NCBI GenBank assembly: GCA_028247315.1
Contig: JAOKFZ010000001.1
Location: 11,248-75,247, forward strand
DNA: 64,000 nt
Direction of reading: 5' to 3'
DNA from: Bacteroidia bacterium
Lineage (GTDB): Bacteria; Bacteroidota; Bacteroidia; NS11-12g; UBA9320
Shown piece after piece: positions 1 to 9,373 of the stretch (positions within the stretch are counted from its first letter, which is position 1; every line of letters starts with the position of its first letter). The position numbers and the translations under genes are program-made. The notes under the pieces were generated by a model, which was not told the origin of the DNA, did no database searches, and was given only the letters and a program-made list of their open reading frames with translations.

Positions 1-471
1 GTCAAAGAACAGATCAAACCCATTGCTTGGAATCAGTCAGTCATTACAGATTGTTCGCATCTATTGGTCTTTGCTGCATGGGATACCTACACAGCAGACC
101 GTATCAATACAATGTTTGACCTTACCAACGAAGTTCGTGGTTTCAAAAATGAAGGATGGGAAAATTACCGCCAAATGCTTCTTGACAACTATCCGCAAAA
201 AGATGCTGAAGAGAATTTCAACCATGCAGCGAAACAAGCATACATAGCCTTCTCACAAGGAATAACGGCAGCTGCATTTGAAGCGGTAGACAGTACGCCT
301 ATAGAAGGGTTCAACCCTGCAGCTCTAGATGAAATATTGGGCCTACGCAAAAAAGGACTACGAAGCTGTGTTATCCTTACCTTAGGATACAGAGACGCTG
401 ACAAAGACTGGTTAGCAAACCTAAAAAAGGTCAGAAAAAGCAGAGCAGATCTAGTGACAGAAATTGATTAA
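1..471 (+). CDS. NAD(P)H nitroreductase family protein (5' end outside window)
   Basis: Frame 1 is open from base 1 (VKEQIKPIAWNQSVITDCSHLLVFAAW...) and runs into the listed 64..471 ORF. The C-terminal part (EGFNPAALDEILGLRKKGLRSCVILTLGYRD) resembles NfsB/FRase-type nitroreductases. Confidence 0.75.
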   Translation, partial: VKEQIKPIAWNQSVITDCSHLLVFAAWDTYTADRINTMFDLTNEVRGFKNEGWENYRQMLLDNYPQKDAEENFNHAAKQAYIAFSQGITAAAFEAVDSTPIEGFNPAALDEILGLRKKGLRSCVILTLGYRDADKDWLANLKKVRKSRADLVTEID

Positions 472-502
472 TAAGTAAGAAACCAAACATAAAAACAACA
501 TC

Positions 503-1402
503 ATGAAAAAAATTTTAATTGGATTAGTAGGCTTCCTAATAGTAGCATGCATAGCATTATACGTTACCACCAGACCAACACTAGAAGCAGATGGCTCGTA
601 TAGCCCATCTAAGCTTGCTTTGATGCTAGCGACCGTGCAAAAAACTGATTTTGAAAACATTACCTACGAAAAATACCAAGGAAACAGGTCGAAGATATTA
701 GTCATCTTCACGGAAAACAAAGACTTGAAAATGCAGAATGACAAACTGTTTTCTACCGGAAACCATCCTATAGAGGCACTTCTTCCGATGTTGCACCTTA
801 AAAATGCAGGTTTCGATTTTGAAATTGCCACTCCTACAGGGAAACCGGTTGTCTTCGAAATGTGGGCATTCCCAGAAGAAGATGAGAACGTGAAAGCAAT
901 TTATGCTGAACTCAAAAGCAGTTTTGAAAACCCAACAAGTCTCGCTGAATTCGTTGACTCTTCATTCAAGAATAGTGAATCGTATGCGGCTGTATTTGTT
1001 CCTGGCGGGCATGGAGCTATGATCGGTATTCCCGAAGATAGAAACGTAGGCAAGACATTGACTTGGGCACACACCAACGATTTATTCACCATCAGTCTTT
1101 GTCACGGACCAGGGTCTTTCCTATCTACTACACTTGATGACCAGACGTTTATCTACGAAGGTTACAATATGGCGGTATTCCCAGATGCTATAGACAAGCA
1201 GACGCCAATGGTGGGATACCTACCCGGTCAAATGCGTTCTGGAGTAAGTGAAAGACTACAAAACCTAGGAGCTACTATCGTAAATACAGCATCTGATGCT
1301 ACTGTATGTGTAGACCGAAAACTAATCACAGGAGCAAGCCCACTAGCATCTAACGAGCTAGGCAAGCTGGCTGCCAATACCTTATTGAAAGAATTGGAAT
1401 AA
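503..1402 (+). CDS. hchA: Hsp31/HchA-type glyoxalase III (DJ-1/PfpI class I glutamine amidotransferase-like) with N-terminal hydrophobic anchor
   Basis: Strong similarity to E. coli HchA blocks as I recall them: LFSTGNHPIEALLPMLHL, YAAVFVPGGHGAMIGIPE, nucleophile elbow ISLCHGP, and KLITGASPLASNELGKLAA. The N-terminus MKKILIGLVGFLIVACIALYV is a signal or anchor segment. Confidence 0.85.
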   Translation: MKKILIGLVGFLIVACIALYVTTRPTLEADGSYSPSKLALMLATVQKTDFENITYEKYQGNRSKILVIFTENKDLKMQNDKLFSTGNHPIEALLPMLHLKNAGFDFEIATPTGKPVVFEMWAFPEEDENVKAIYAELKSSFENPTSLAEFVDSSFKNSESYAAVFVPGGHGAMIGIPEDRNVGKTLTWAHTNDLFTISLCHGPGSFLSTTLDDQTFIYEGYNMAVFPDAIDKQTPMVGYLPGQMRSGVSERLQNLGATIVNTASDATVCVDRKLITGASPLASNELGKLAANTLLKELE

Positions 1403-1474
1403 ATCACTCCAAAGTAGAATCCATCGTCAATGCAACTTTAACTGCTTTGACGATTGATAATTATTAAGCTAAGA

Positions 1475-1512
1475 ATAGCGGTTTGGACATTTGCCTGAGC
1501 CGCTATTTTTTG
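1475..1512 (+). terminator. Rho-independent terminator candidate after hchA
   Basis: ATAGCGG (1475-1481) pairs with CCGCTAT (1500-1506) and is followed by TTTTTTGTTTT. The loop is large (18 nt). Confidence 0.5.
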
Positions 1513-1580
1513 TTTTCCAACACCATATCCTTTCCCTCGCCAAGTCTTTCAATTTATGCATATTTTCGCCCTATACAAAG

Positions 1581-3434
1581 ATGAACGCAACACACGGGAA
1601 TACACTGCTAAATTATATCACCGATATACTGAAAAATATGCCATCTGGCTGGTTGAGCCTTACCACGCACCGTCTCGATATCTATGATGAGTCGCAGGCT
1701 AAAACACAGTTCATCAACCAATTTGAGCAGCTATACAAAACCAACAATACAGTTACTGCAGCCTTATCCGAGTTACCCACTGCATACGATTACATCAGAC
1801 TAGGTCATCCCCTATCGTGTATATTGGAATGGGCTATTGCAGACATAAACCAGCTGAAACCAGCGAGTGTCATCAGTTTCTCTTCTCAGACCACGCCTAT
1901 ACTTGCCGTACTTCGAAAAAACGTATTGGACAACAAGAAAACGCAAATTGTCTACACAGACGAACTCCCCATTTCTTTTGATACAGAAACAATAAAGAGT
2001 GTATACGGCTACAACTTTGAGGTAAAGCACGTAGCATCTGCGGATGCCATTCCTCCTTTTGACGGCAGCACTATTTTCGTATCTCAGCGAAACGATATGT
2101 CTACCATGGCTTCCAATGACACGGTTGACTTCTTTGTAAATCTACACCCACATTTTGGGAGTGTTTTACTGGTAAATGGTCCGCAGAACGAAAGCTATAT
2201 CTCAGACATACAGCACGTACGTAGAAGAGAAACCATCGCAATGACACCCGTAAATTGCCTTGCTGCTCTACATGCACTTGTAGGAAACTCCTCTGAAAAG
2301 CCGTATAACCGTGTAATCGCTGATAAAGCAAGTACCGTGAAATCGATACAAGAAATAACCGGTGCTCCTACCACCGCCCTAGTAGGTTCCAGTGGGTTGT
2401 CTATACAGTATGCCATAATGATGGGACTGGTACACCATGCCAACGAAAACCATGCAGGGAAAGCCATAAAATTTGTAGTACCTACCAACTGCTATGGTGG
2501 CACCAATGACCAAGCCAGAAGAGTAGCTGCTTGCATAGACAATGTGGAAGTAGTAGACTTAGCAGTGGATGGAGAAAACGATATGGTACAAAGCATAGAT
2601 GCCGTTTTAACACAGATAGCACACCAAGATGCTATTCCGTATATCATAGCCGAGATACCTACCAACCCACGTGTAGAAGTGCCCAATTTGGTAGCACTAC
2701 GAGACACACTAGCCAAAGAACGTAAAACCGCTACAGGTACAGTAGCTACAGACCCCGTATTCATACTCGACCAAACGTTTTGCCCCAATGTACTTTTCTT
2801 GGGCGAAGGCGAAATACTCTCAACCGTACGAGCACTTTCGTATGCCAGTGGATCTAAATTTCCCAGTGGCGGAAAATGTACAGCAGGCTATGTAGTAGGA
2901 AACAAAAAAGCAGAAGATGCAATGGCTAAAATAGAACTGCACTTGAACCTCTGTGATAACGAAGCTACCCACCTACAGTATGAACTGCTCGCACAACAGC
3001 TGCCGTCTATGAACCAGCGAATAGCAGAAGCCTACAGCAACACACGCGACTTTGTAAACTTCATACACGCCACATTGCCTACAGCAAAAATCAATTTTGT
3101 ATCCGAAGAACTCGCAGAGCAAGGATTTACCCCCTCGGTATTTTCACTCGACCTGCCTACCAAAGGAAACTCCGAAGCCGAAAGAGAAGCATACAAACGA
3201 GAACTAAATCATACGCTTATTGGCAAGATGATCACCCAGATACCCCACGAGAGCAAGTACTGTGTAAGCTACGGTCAACTCAACGGGTGCTACTGGACCA
3301 TACCAGCTACATCTACTCAAGGTACTACCAAAGAAGGCGACAAGGACTACATAGCCCGTGTAGCACTCTCTGCCAACATGGATTTGGACAAACACAAAGA
3401 AGTCTTTGCCGAGTTTGTAAAGGGAATCGCTTAA
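1581..3434 (+). CDS. PLP-dependent enzyme, Cys/Met-metabolism (CGS/MGL) fold, apparently with two tandem modules
   Basis: ATG at 1581 is chosen over the TTG at 1491, which overlaps the upstream terminator. The C-terminal module has SSGLSIQYAIMMGL, EIPTNPRVEVPNL and a Schiff-base-like YASGSKFPSGG. The N-terminal part repeats the early CGS pattern (YDYIRLGHPLSCILEWAIADI...VISFSSQTTPILAVL). Confidence 0.7.
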   Translation: MNATHGNTLLNYITDILKNMPSGWLSLTTHRLDIYDESQAKTQFINQFEQLYKTNNTVTAALSELPTAYDYIRLGHPLSCILEWAIADINQLKPASVISFSSQTTPILAVLRKNVLDNKKTQIVYTDELPISFDTETIKSVYGYNFEVKHVASADAIPPFDGSTIFVSQRNDMSTMASNDTVDFFVNLHPHFGSVLLVNGPQNESYISDIQHVRRRETIAMTPVNCLAALHALVGNSSEKPYNRVIADKASTVKSIQEITGAPTTALVGSSGLSIQYAIMMGLVHHANENHAGKAIKFVVPTNCYGGTNDQARRVAACIDNVEVVDLAVDGENDMVQSIDAVLTQIAHQDAIPYIIAEIPTNPRVEVPNLVALRDTLAKERKTATGTVATDPVFILDQTFCPNVLFLGEGEILSTVRALSYASGSKFPSGGKCTAGYVVGNKKAEDAMAKIELHLNLCDNEATHLQYELLAQQLPSMNQRIAEAYSNTRDFVNFIHATLPTAKINFVSEELAEQGFTPSVFSLDLPTKGNSEAEREAYKRELNHTLIGKMITQIPHESKYCVSYGQLNGCYWTIPATSTQGTTKEGDKDYIARVALSANMDLDKHKEVFAEFVKGIA

Positions 3435-3623
3435 GCACCCTGTATTCCAACACCTCTCACTTCGGTAAGCTTTCCTAGCAGTAGGAGTATCGTGTTCTGT
3501 TTTTCACGCAAGTCATTTGCGTTGCCCAACCGTATAATGTCCTACAGCCCAGTATAAAAATGCTACCACTATTCTGTGCTCAGATTTGCTAAACAATCTC
3601 CGTTCCCAACCGTTTATTTCACT

Positions 3624-4259
3624 ATGCACATCACCAAAACAGACATCGCAACCATGAACCGCATAGAGCGACTCAACCTTATCAACTCACTGTCTGGCAT
3701 CAAACCTGCCAATCTCATAGGCACTGTAGATGCAGATGGCAACGAGAATTTGGCCATATTTAGCTCAGTGGTACACTTGGGCAGCAATCCAGCCTTGTTT
3801 GGTTTTATCCTAAGACCACGCGGAGATGTTAGAAGACATACACACGAAAACATCTTAGCTACAGGCGTGTACACCATCAACTTTGTGCATACCCATTTCA
3901 CTAAAGAAGCTCACTACACCAGTATAAAAGCAGACAACGGCACCAGCGAGTTTGGCATGTGTGGCCTTACTCCGGAGTATCTAGCCGATTTCAAAGCCCC
4001 ATTTGTACAGGAGAGTGCCATCAAACTGGGCATGTCTTTCCAGCAAGAGGTACCGATAGAAGCAAACGGCACCAGTCTCATCATAGGGCAAGTAGAGCAT
4101 ATTCTACTGCCAGACGGAGCCATGGCCGACGGAGGACACTTGGACCTCGGAGCACATGCCGTTGCGGGTATCAGTGGCCTCAATACGTACTATTCGTTTC
4201 AGAAAGAAGCACGCTACCCGTATGTAAGAGATGGATATACCCTCGAAGATTTGGACTAG
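3624..4259 (+). CDS. Flavin reductase-like (FMN-binding split-barrel) family protein
   Basis: From the ATG at 3624, PANLIGTVDADGNENLAIFSSVVHLGSNPALFGFILRP and later blocks look like the flavin reductase-like domain. Confidence 0.65.
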   Translation: MHITKTDIATMNRIERLNLINSLSGIKPANLIGTVDADGNENLAIFSSVVHLGSNPALFGFILRPRGDVRRHTHENILATGVYTINFVHTHFTKEAHYTSIKADNGTSEFGMCGLTPEYLADFKAPFVQESAIKLGMSFQQEVPIEANGTSLIIGQVEHILLPDGAMADGGHLDLGAHAVAGISGLNTYYSFQKEARYPYVRDGYTLEDLD

Positions 4260-4733
4260 TCCATTACAAACCCATTTTTTCTGTCCCTCATTGCAATATC
4301 TGCTTTACGCTAGAGCTGGCCACTCTGGAGGTATATTGGCCCATTTTCTACCCAAAGAGCTTATTGTGTCAGCTCTTCGTCAACTCACGGTCAGGCCTTT
4401 GTCATTGTACTCTATGACAGGGCAAAACCGTTGCAATTCTCCCTTTTTATCATTAATATCAGCTTTACACGAAGCGAAAAGCCTGTTTCTAGCACCCTAG
4501 TTATACTATTTTTTTTAGAAGCAGACCTGCCGTTTCGGTTGGTGCAAAAAACAGATGCTTGCACATAGCGAAACAGCGTCTGTATGATGTTGGTGAAACA
4601 AGAAAGCCCAGCGGTACGGTCGAAACACGAGTACTATAAAATGAGGACCATACCAATCGGAAATGAATTTTAAATGACCCAACAAAATTTTCGTGCCCTG
4701 TGCGTATGGGGCCTACTTAAATATTTAAAAAAC

Positions 4734-5171
4734 ATGAAAAATTCAATTTTTAAAAAAAGCATCTTAATTTTAGTAGCAAGTCTATTCTCGCTTACCTCAA
4801 TGCATGCTACTTTGGCACCCAATGCTTCACATGACGGCATAGATCAAGTAGATAGACGTGTCGTTGTTGATGGGTCTATAACGGATTCTGATGGAGGCAA
4901 ATGGAGCTATAAAGGTTGGGTAGAAGTAGGTGGTTGGCCTTTGGGGTTGCAACATTGGGATCTTTGGATTACGTTACCAGATGGTAGCAAGTATCACTTT
5001 GAGGGCGTAGCGTATGATGGCGGCGGGAGTGGCGATAATGGTGGGCCAAGACCACTTGGTTACAAATCTCACTTGTATGATCAGACAGGTGATGAGGTTA
5101 GTCTGAACCTTATACCTTGGGGGCCTATTATTCAAGACATTGAGGCTACTATTAATCGTTCTGAATTATGA
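4734..5171 (+). CDS. Hypothetical secreted protein
   Basis: Signal-peptide-like N-terminus from the ATG at 4734 (MKNSIFKKSILILVASLFSLTSMHA). Gly/Trp-rich mature part with no recognisable family. Its stop overlaps the next ATG (ATGA). Confidence 0.55.
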   Translation: MKNSIFKKSILILVASLFSLTSMHATLAPNASHDGIDQVDRRVVVDGSITDSDGGKWSYKGWVEVGGWPLGLQHWDLWITLPDGSKYHFEGVAYDGGGSGDNGGPRPLGYKSHLYDQTGDEVSLNLIPWGPIIQDIEATINRSEL

Positions 5172-6246
5172 GAAATAGTAATCTATTGTTATCTGCATTG
5201 ATACTGTTATCTATTTTTTCGTGCAAGGAAAATATAGAGACTACTAATCTACAGGCTAAAGTAGTAGGGGAATGGACCGTAACTTCTACAGAACCGATAG
5301 TCCACGATAGTGCTTCAAGCATAAATTTACAGGCTATTCTACTTCAACATGGGGTATCTCTTCTTAATATGAGAGCCTCTATATCTGCAAGTCAGTTTTC
5401 GTTTTATTCTGAGGGAGACACACTGAGCTTGACGATAATATTAATGACTATTTACCATTTAATGTTTCTATTCCGAATCAAAGTACTTCAATAACTTTTA
5501 AAATGTTATTGACCCATACTTCAGGTATAGCGGATGGGAGTGCATTAGATAATCAATATTATTATGGACAAGATAGCCCGATTGCACTTGATTCTTTCCT
5601 TCAAGATTATTTAGTTCCAGGGGGTCAATTCTATAATGCTTCAGAAAATTTTTATGCTTTTGAACCAGGAACTAAACATGAATATTCGAATATTGGAAGT
5701 GCTCTGATAGGTGTTTTGGTAGAGCAAATTTCCAATCAAGGGTTTAACACTTACTGCAAAGAAAATATTTTCGATCCTCTTGAAATGACTCACTCATTTT
5801 GGAGGCTTGACGAGTCTATCCAGTCAGGTTATTCAATTGTACAGCCCTACAATTATGTGAGTAGCGAGTATGAACCTATTCAGCACTATACATTTACAGA
5901 TTATCCAAATGGCGGGCTAAGGTCTTCAGGACGGGATATGCATAAACTCCTAACTGCCTTTGTACAAGGAGGAAGTTCGAACAACCATCAACTTTTGAAG
6001 ATAAGTACTATCAATTCTATGATTACTCCTCAGATTCCGTCCATTGACAATGAAGTAGGACTGCATTTATTTATTATGGATTCAGCACATGAGTTATGGG
6101 GTCATGATGGAGGTGAGGATGGAGTTGCAACAATAATGGCATTTAATCCTGTAACAAAAATTGGAGCTCTAATTTTCGCAAATCAAGGAGATGCTGAACT
6201 AGAAGAAATACTTTCTGAAGCCTATAAATTGGGATTAAAAATATAA
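5168..6246 (+). pseudogene. Beta-lactamase-family serine hydrolase lipoprotein, apparently frameshifted and degraded
   Basis: ORF 5168..5494 (frame 2) has a lipoprotein signal (LSIFSCK) and ends in ...RASISASQFSFYSEGDTLS. Frame 1 is open from 5413 and reads LDDNINDYLPF...ITFKMLLTHTSGI, continuing as ORF 5503..6246. Joined, this looks like the SxxK...LSLDD...LLTHTSG core of class C beta-lactamase/PBP-like hydrolases, but with a frameshift near 5413-5430, no intact SxxK (SISA) and a shortened N-terminal half. Confidence 0.5.
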
Positions 6247-6261
6247 AAAGTGGCTAACAAT

Positions 6262-6306
6262 GTATATGAAATCATAGCACCCTACGGGATGCTACGCTTC
6301 ATATAC
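6262..6306. terminator. Long imperfect hairpin between convergent genes (possible bidirectional terminator)
   Basis: GTATATGAA (6262-6270) pairs with TTCATATAC (6298-6306). An inner stem TAGCACCC/GGGATGCTA has one bulge and a TAC loop. No clear U-tract on either side. Confidence 0.4.
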
Positions 6307-6355
6307 TAAACGTTTTACAAAAACAGCACTGTTAAAAGTTATTAGATTCACCACC

Positions 6356-6886
6356 TCAAAACAACTCCAGTTGCCTTTCTCTATCGGGATTTTCCAAGGC
6401 CAGCAGCTCTTTTTTGGCCGGCAATCCGCCAGCGTAGCCTACCAGGCTTCCATCGCTACCGACTATGCGGTGACACGGGATAATGATAGCAATGGCATTG
6501 GCTCCGTTGGCCGTAGCTACAGCACGTATGGCTTTTTCATTGCCCAGTCGCTTAGACAAGCCCAAGTACGTTTCTGTTTGGCCATAGGGAATAGCATTGA
6601 GTGCCGACCATACCCGCTGCTGAAAAGAAGTGCCTACCAGTTGCACCGGAAGATCAAACTCCTTTAGATCACCCTTAAAATACGCATCGAGCTGTTGTAT
6701 GGTTTCCAACAACACCGGACTCGTGTGCTCCTCAAACTCCCCATGAAGGGCTGTTTTGATGCGGGCATCCAATGTGCTCCTCATTTTGCGGTACCGCCAG
6801 TCGGCTATGCACAAGTCATCGCCATGGCTGCCGAGCAATAATTCGCCTACAGGAGAGGTATAATAGGTAGTGTTTATAGTATTCAC
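6356..6886 (-). CDS. ogt: Methylated-DNA--protein-cysteine methyltransferase
   Basis: Active-site IIIPCHRIVGSDGSLVGYAGGL (PCHR motif) and the helix-turn-wing region FQQRVWSALNAIPYGQTETY. Confidence 0.9.
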   Translation of the reverse strand: MNTINTTYYTSPVGELLLGSHGDDLCIADWRYRKMRSTLDARIKTALHGEFEEHTSPVLLETIQQLDAYFKGDLKEFDLPVQLVGTSFQQRVWSALNAIPYGQTETYLGLSKRLGNEKAIRAVATANGANAIAIIIPCHRIVGSDGSLVGYAGGLPAKKELLALENPDRERQLELF

Positions 6887-6950
6887 TGCTTGTTTTTGGT
6901 ATGCGGTTAGTTCTATCGCAAACTACGATTTTCTAACACATATTTCGGGT

Positions 6951-6958
6951 TAAATTTG
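6951..6958 (+). promoter_or_regulatory. Candidate Bacteroidota -7 promoter box (TAAATTTG) upstream of aspS
   Basis: Matches TAnnTTTG 70 nt upstream of the aspS ATG. No clean -33 TTTG seen. Confidence 0.3.
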
Positions 6959-7028
6959 CCCCAAATAAACAACGTACGAATAGAGCGAAGCGATATTCTT
7001 GTATGCTGCTAAACAACAACACAATACA

Positions 7029-8762
7029 ATGCACAGAACACATACTTGCGGAGAGCTAAGAGAAGCACATATAGGCCAAACGGTGACGTTGAGTGGATGG
7101 GTACAAACCCGCAGAGACTTTGGAGGAATGACTTTCATAGACGTGCGAGACCGGTATGGCATCACGCAGCTCGGTTTCAATGAGGAGCAAGACAAAGGCC
7201 TAAACGATAGAGCCCGCTCCCTCGGACGCGAGTTTGTGGTAAAAGTGCACGGTGAGGTGATAGAGCGTAGCAACAAAAACGACAAAATACCCACCGGAGA
7301 CATTGAGATAAGGGTAACTGCATTTGAAGTACTAAACGCTGCACTTACACCTCCTTTCACCATAGAAGATGATACAGACGGTGGCGAAGAAATACGCCTA
7401 AAATACCGGTACCTTGACCTACGTAGAAACCCGATACAAGAAAAACTCGTATTGCGTAGCAAGCTCAATAAGGCCGTACGCGACTACCTGAATGATGCCG
7501 ATTTCATTGATGTAGAAACACCGTATCTTATCAAATCTACGCCAGAAGGTGCCCGCGATTTTGTGGTACCCAGTAGAATGAACGAAGGACAATACTACGC
7601 CCTTCCGCAGAGTCCGCAGACGTTTAAGCAACTGCTTATGGTGAGTGGATTAGACAAATACTACCAGATCGTAAAATGCTTCAGAGATGAAGATTTTAGA
7701 GCAGATAGACAACCCGAGTTCACACAGATAGACTGCGAAATGTCTTTTGTAGAACGCGATGATGTACTCGACACGTTCGAAGGAATGATTCGCTCGGTGT
7801 TTAAAACCGTAAAAGACCTCGACCTGGGCGATATACCCAAACTGACCTATGACGAAGCCATGAGACGCTTTGGTAGCGACAAGCCCGATATGCGTTTTGG
7901 GATGGAACTAGCCGACCTAAGTGCTGTAGCAAAAGGGAATGGCTTTGGGGTGTTTGACAATGCCGAAAGCGTAGTAGCCATTAACGTAACCGGAGGAAAC
8001 AAATACACCCGAAAAGAATTGGATGCCTTTACCGATTGGGTAAAACGTCCGCAGATAGGAGCCCTTGGCCTTATCTACTGCAGGGTAAATGCAGACGGTA
8101 CGTACAAGTCTTCGGTAGACAAGTTTTTTGACCAAGACAAACTAAAAGGATGGGCAGATACTTGCGGGAGTAAAACAGACGATATTATTCTCGTACTCAG
8201 CGGAGGCACGGACAAAGTGCGTAAGCAAATGAACGAGCTGCGTCTACACATAGGCGAGCTAGAAGGCCTACGACCAAAAGATAAATTTGCGGCTTGCTGG
8301 GTAGTAGATTTTCCACTGGTAGAGCATGACGAGGAGAGCGATAGATGGCACGCTATGCACCATCCGTTTACCTCACCTATACCGGCAGATAGAGACAAAA
8401 TGGAAACGGATCCAGGTGCTGTAAAAGCCAATGCATACGATATGGCCATCAATGGCATGGAAGTAGGTGGCGGTAGTATTCGTATACACGACAAATCCTT
8501 GCAGAAACGTATGTTTGACCTACTGGGTTTCACAGAAGAAGAAGCACAAGCACAGTTTGGTTTCTTGCTCAATGCCTTTGAGTACGGAGCACCACCTCAT
8601 GGCGGTATTGCTTTTGGCCTCGATAGGCTATCAGCTCTGCTTTCGGGTACAGATTCTATACGCGATGTCATTGCCTTCCCCAAAAACAATATGGGACGCG
8701 ATGTTATGATAGATGCTCCTGCACCGCTCAATGCGGATCAGAAGAAAGAATTGGGGATGTAA
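7029..8762 (+). CDS. aspS: Aspartate--tRNA ligase
   Basis: Class IIb aaRS motifs: N-terminal OB fold [11 protein letters not shown]...[33 protein letters not shown] and GIAFGLDRL. The ATG at 7029 fits the usual N-terminus. Confidence 0.95.
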   Translation: MHRTHTCGELREAHIGQTVTLSGWVQTRRDFGGMTFIDVRDRYGITQLGFNEEQDKGLNDRARSLGREFVVKVHGEVIERSNKNDKIPTGDIEIRVTAFEVLNAALTPPFTIEDDTDGGEEIRLKYRYLDLRRNPIQEKLVLRSKLNKAVRDYLNDADFIDVETPYLIKSTPEGARDFVVPSRMNEGQYYALPQSPQTFKQLLMVSGLDKYYQIVKCFRDEDFRADRQPEFTQIDCEMSFVERDDVLDTFEGMIRSVFKTVKDLDLGDIPKLTYDEAMRRFGSDKPDMRFGMELADLSAVAKGNGFGVFDNAESVVAINVTGGNKYTRKELDAFTDWVKRPQIGALGLIYCRVNADGTYKSSVDKFFDQDKLKGWADTCGSKTDDIILVLSGGTDKVRKQMNELRLHIGELEGLRPKDKFAACWVVDFPLVEHDEESDRWHAMHHPFTSPIPADRDKMETDPGAVKANAYDMAINGMEVGGGSIRIHDKSLQKRMFDLLGFTEEEAQAQFGFLLNAFEYGAPPHGGIAFGLDRLSALLSGTDSIRDVIAFPKNNMGRDVMIDAPAPLNADQKKELGM

Positions 8763-8946
8763 CACTCCTCTTTGGAGATTTACGCCACTTCTAGCACACT
8801 CTTTTTTTCGTAGACGAGGCCTTTCCTGTACCACTAGGTTAAGGACAATTACGTGGTAGTATACACCACGATGAATGTAACAGATAAGAAATAGAGGCTC
8901 AAATTCTCCGTAAAAAACTACGGCCACAGCCAACAGCTTCGACAGC

Positions 8947-9318
8947 CTAGTCCAGTTTGCTCTCGTTGTATATCGCTTCTTGGTATGTGTTGTAGCAATC
9001 CAATAGTATGGGTAGCAACTCCTCCTCTTGTTCGGCGGCACTTTTGCTCATAAGAACCTGATAATCCGATTTTTCTAGAGCGTTCATTATAGCCTGTGTG
9101 GAGCAATCGCAGTATTCGTCACTTTGCATCGGAAACCGCACAGCGTATCCACCAAGATCGTCTAAGCAAGCACTGGTGAGCGATGCAGCATCACTTTCTT
9201 CCCACGTTATTCGCTTATTTATGAGCTCTAAAACGATAAGTATCCCTACTAATATCATTACCGCTATTGCCACATATTTTTGCCATTTGCTTGTCATTGT
9301 TTTATTTCCTTCATGCAA
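8947..9318 (-). CDS. Hypothetical small membrane-anchored protein
   Basis: One TM segment (YVAIAVMILVGILIVLELI) followed by a Cys-containing acidic domain. No family recognised. An alternative start at 9297 is possible. Confidence 0.45.
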   Translation of the reverse strand: MHEGNKTMTSKWQKYVAIAVMILVGILIVLELINKRITWEESDAASLTSACLDDLGGYAVRFPMQSDEYCDCSTQAIMNALEKSDYQVLMSKSAAEQEEELLPILLDCYNTYQEAIYNESKLD

Positions 9319-9373
9319 TATTATTCATTCTGATGAAAAAAGATTTTCTTTGAGATATAAAAATACAGAACAA

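Noticed and set aside
1491-1580. TTG-initiated N-terminal extension of the PLP-enzyme ORF (listed as 1491..3434)
   Set aside because: The extension overlaps the stem and T-tract of the hchA terminator candidate (1475-1512) and encodes low-complexity sequence. The ATG at 1581 gives a sensible N-terminus.
4515-4590. SRP (4.5S) RNA, suggested by GAAGCAGACC resembling the conserved GGAAGCAGCC
   Set aside because: The motif lies on the 5' arm of the hairpin rather than 3' of a GNRA tetraloop. The loop is A-rich with no GGAA, and the flanks are A/T-rich without the expected closing helix.
6251-6320. Integron attC site / gene cassette boundary
   Set aside because: This is a single site with no integrase and no array of cassettes in the window. 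The right-hand core (GTTTTAC) fits GTTRRRY poorly. It is kept only as a hairpin/terminator candidate and a low-priority check.
6950-8572. Long antisense ORFs opposite aspS (6950..7468, 8075..8572)
   Set aside because: These are shadow frames of a strongly recognisable gene, with Ser/Arg/Leu-rich low-complexity translations and no motif content. The same applies to similar shadows such as 10211..10606, 16273..16773, 36603..36953, 37503..37841, 49994..50332 and 57264..57734.
9098-9373. Upstream 92 codons of ORF 9098..9829
   Set aside because: This part overlaps the better-supported minus-strand gene 8947..9318 and has no DUF1801 similarity. The domain begins right after the ATG at 9374.
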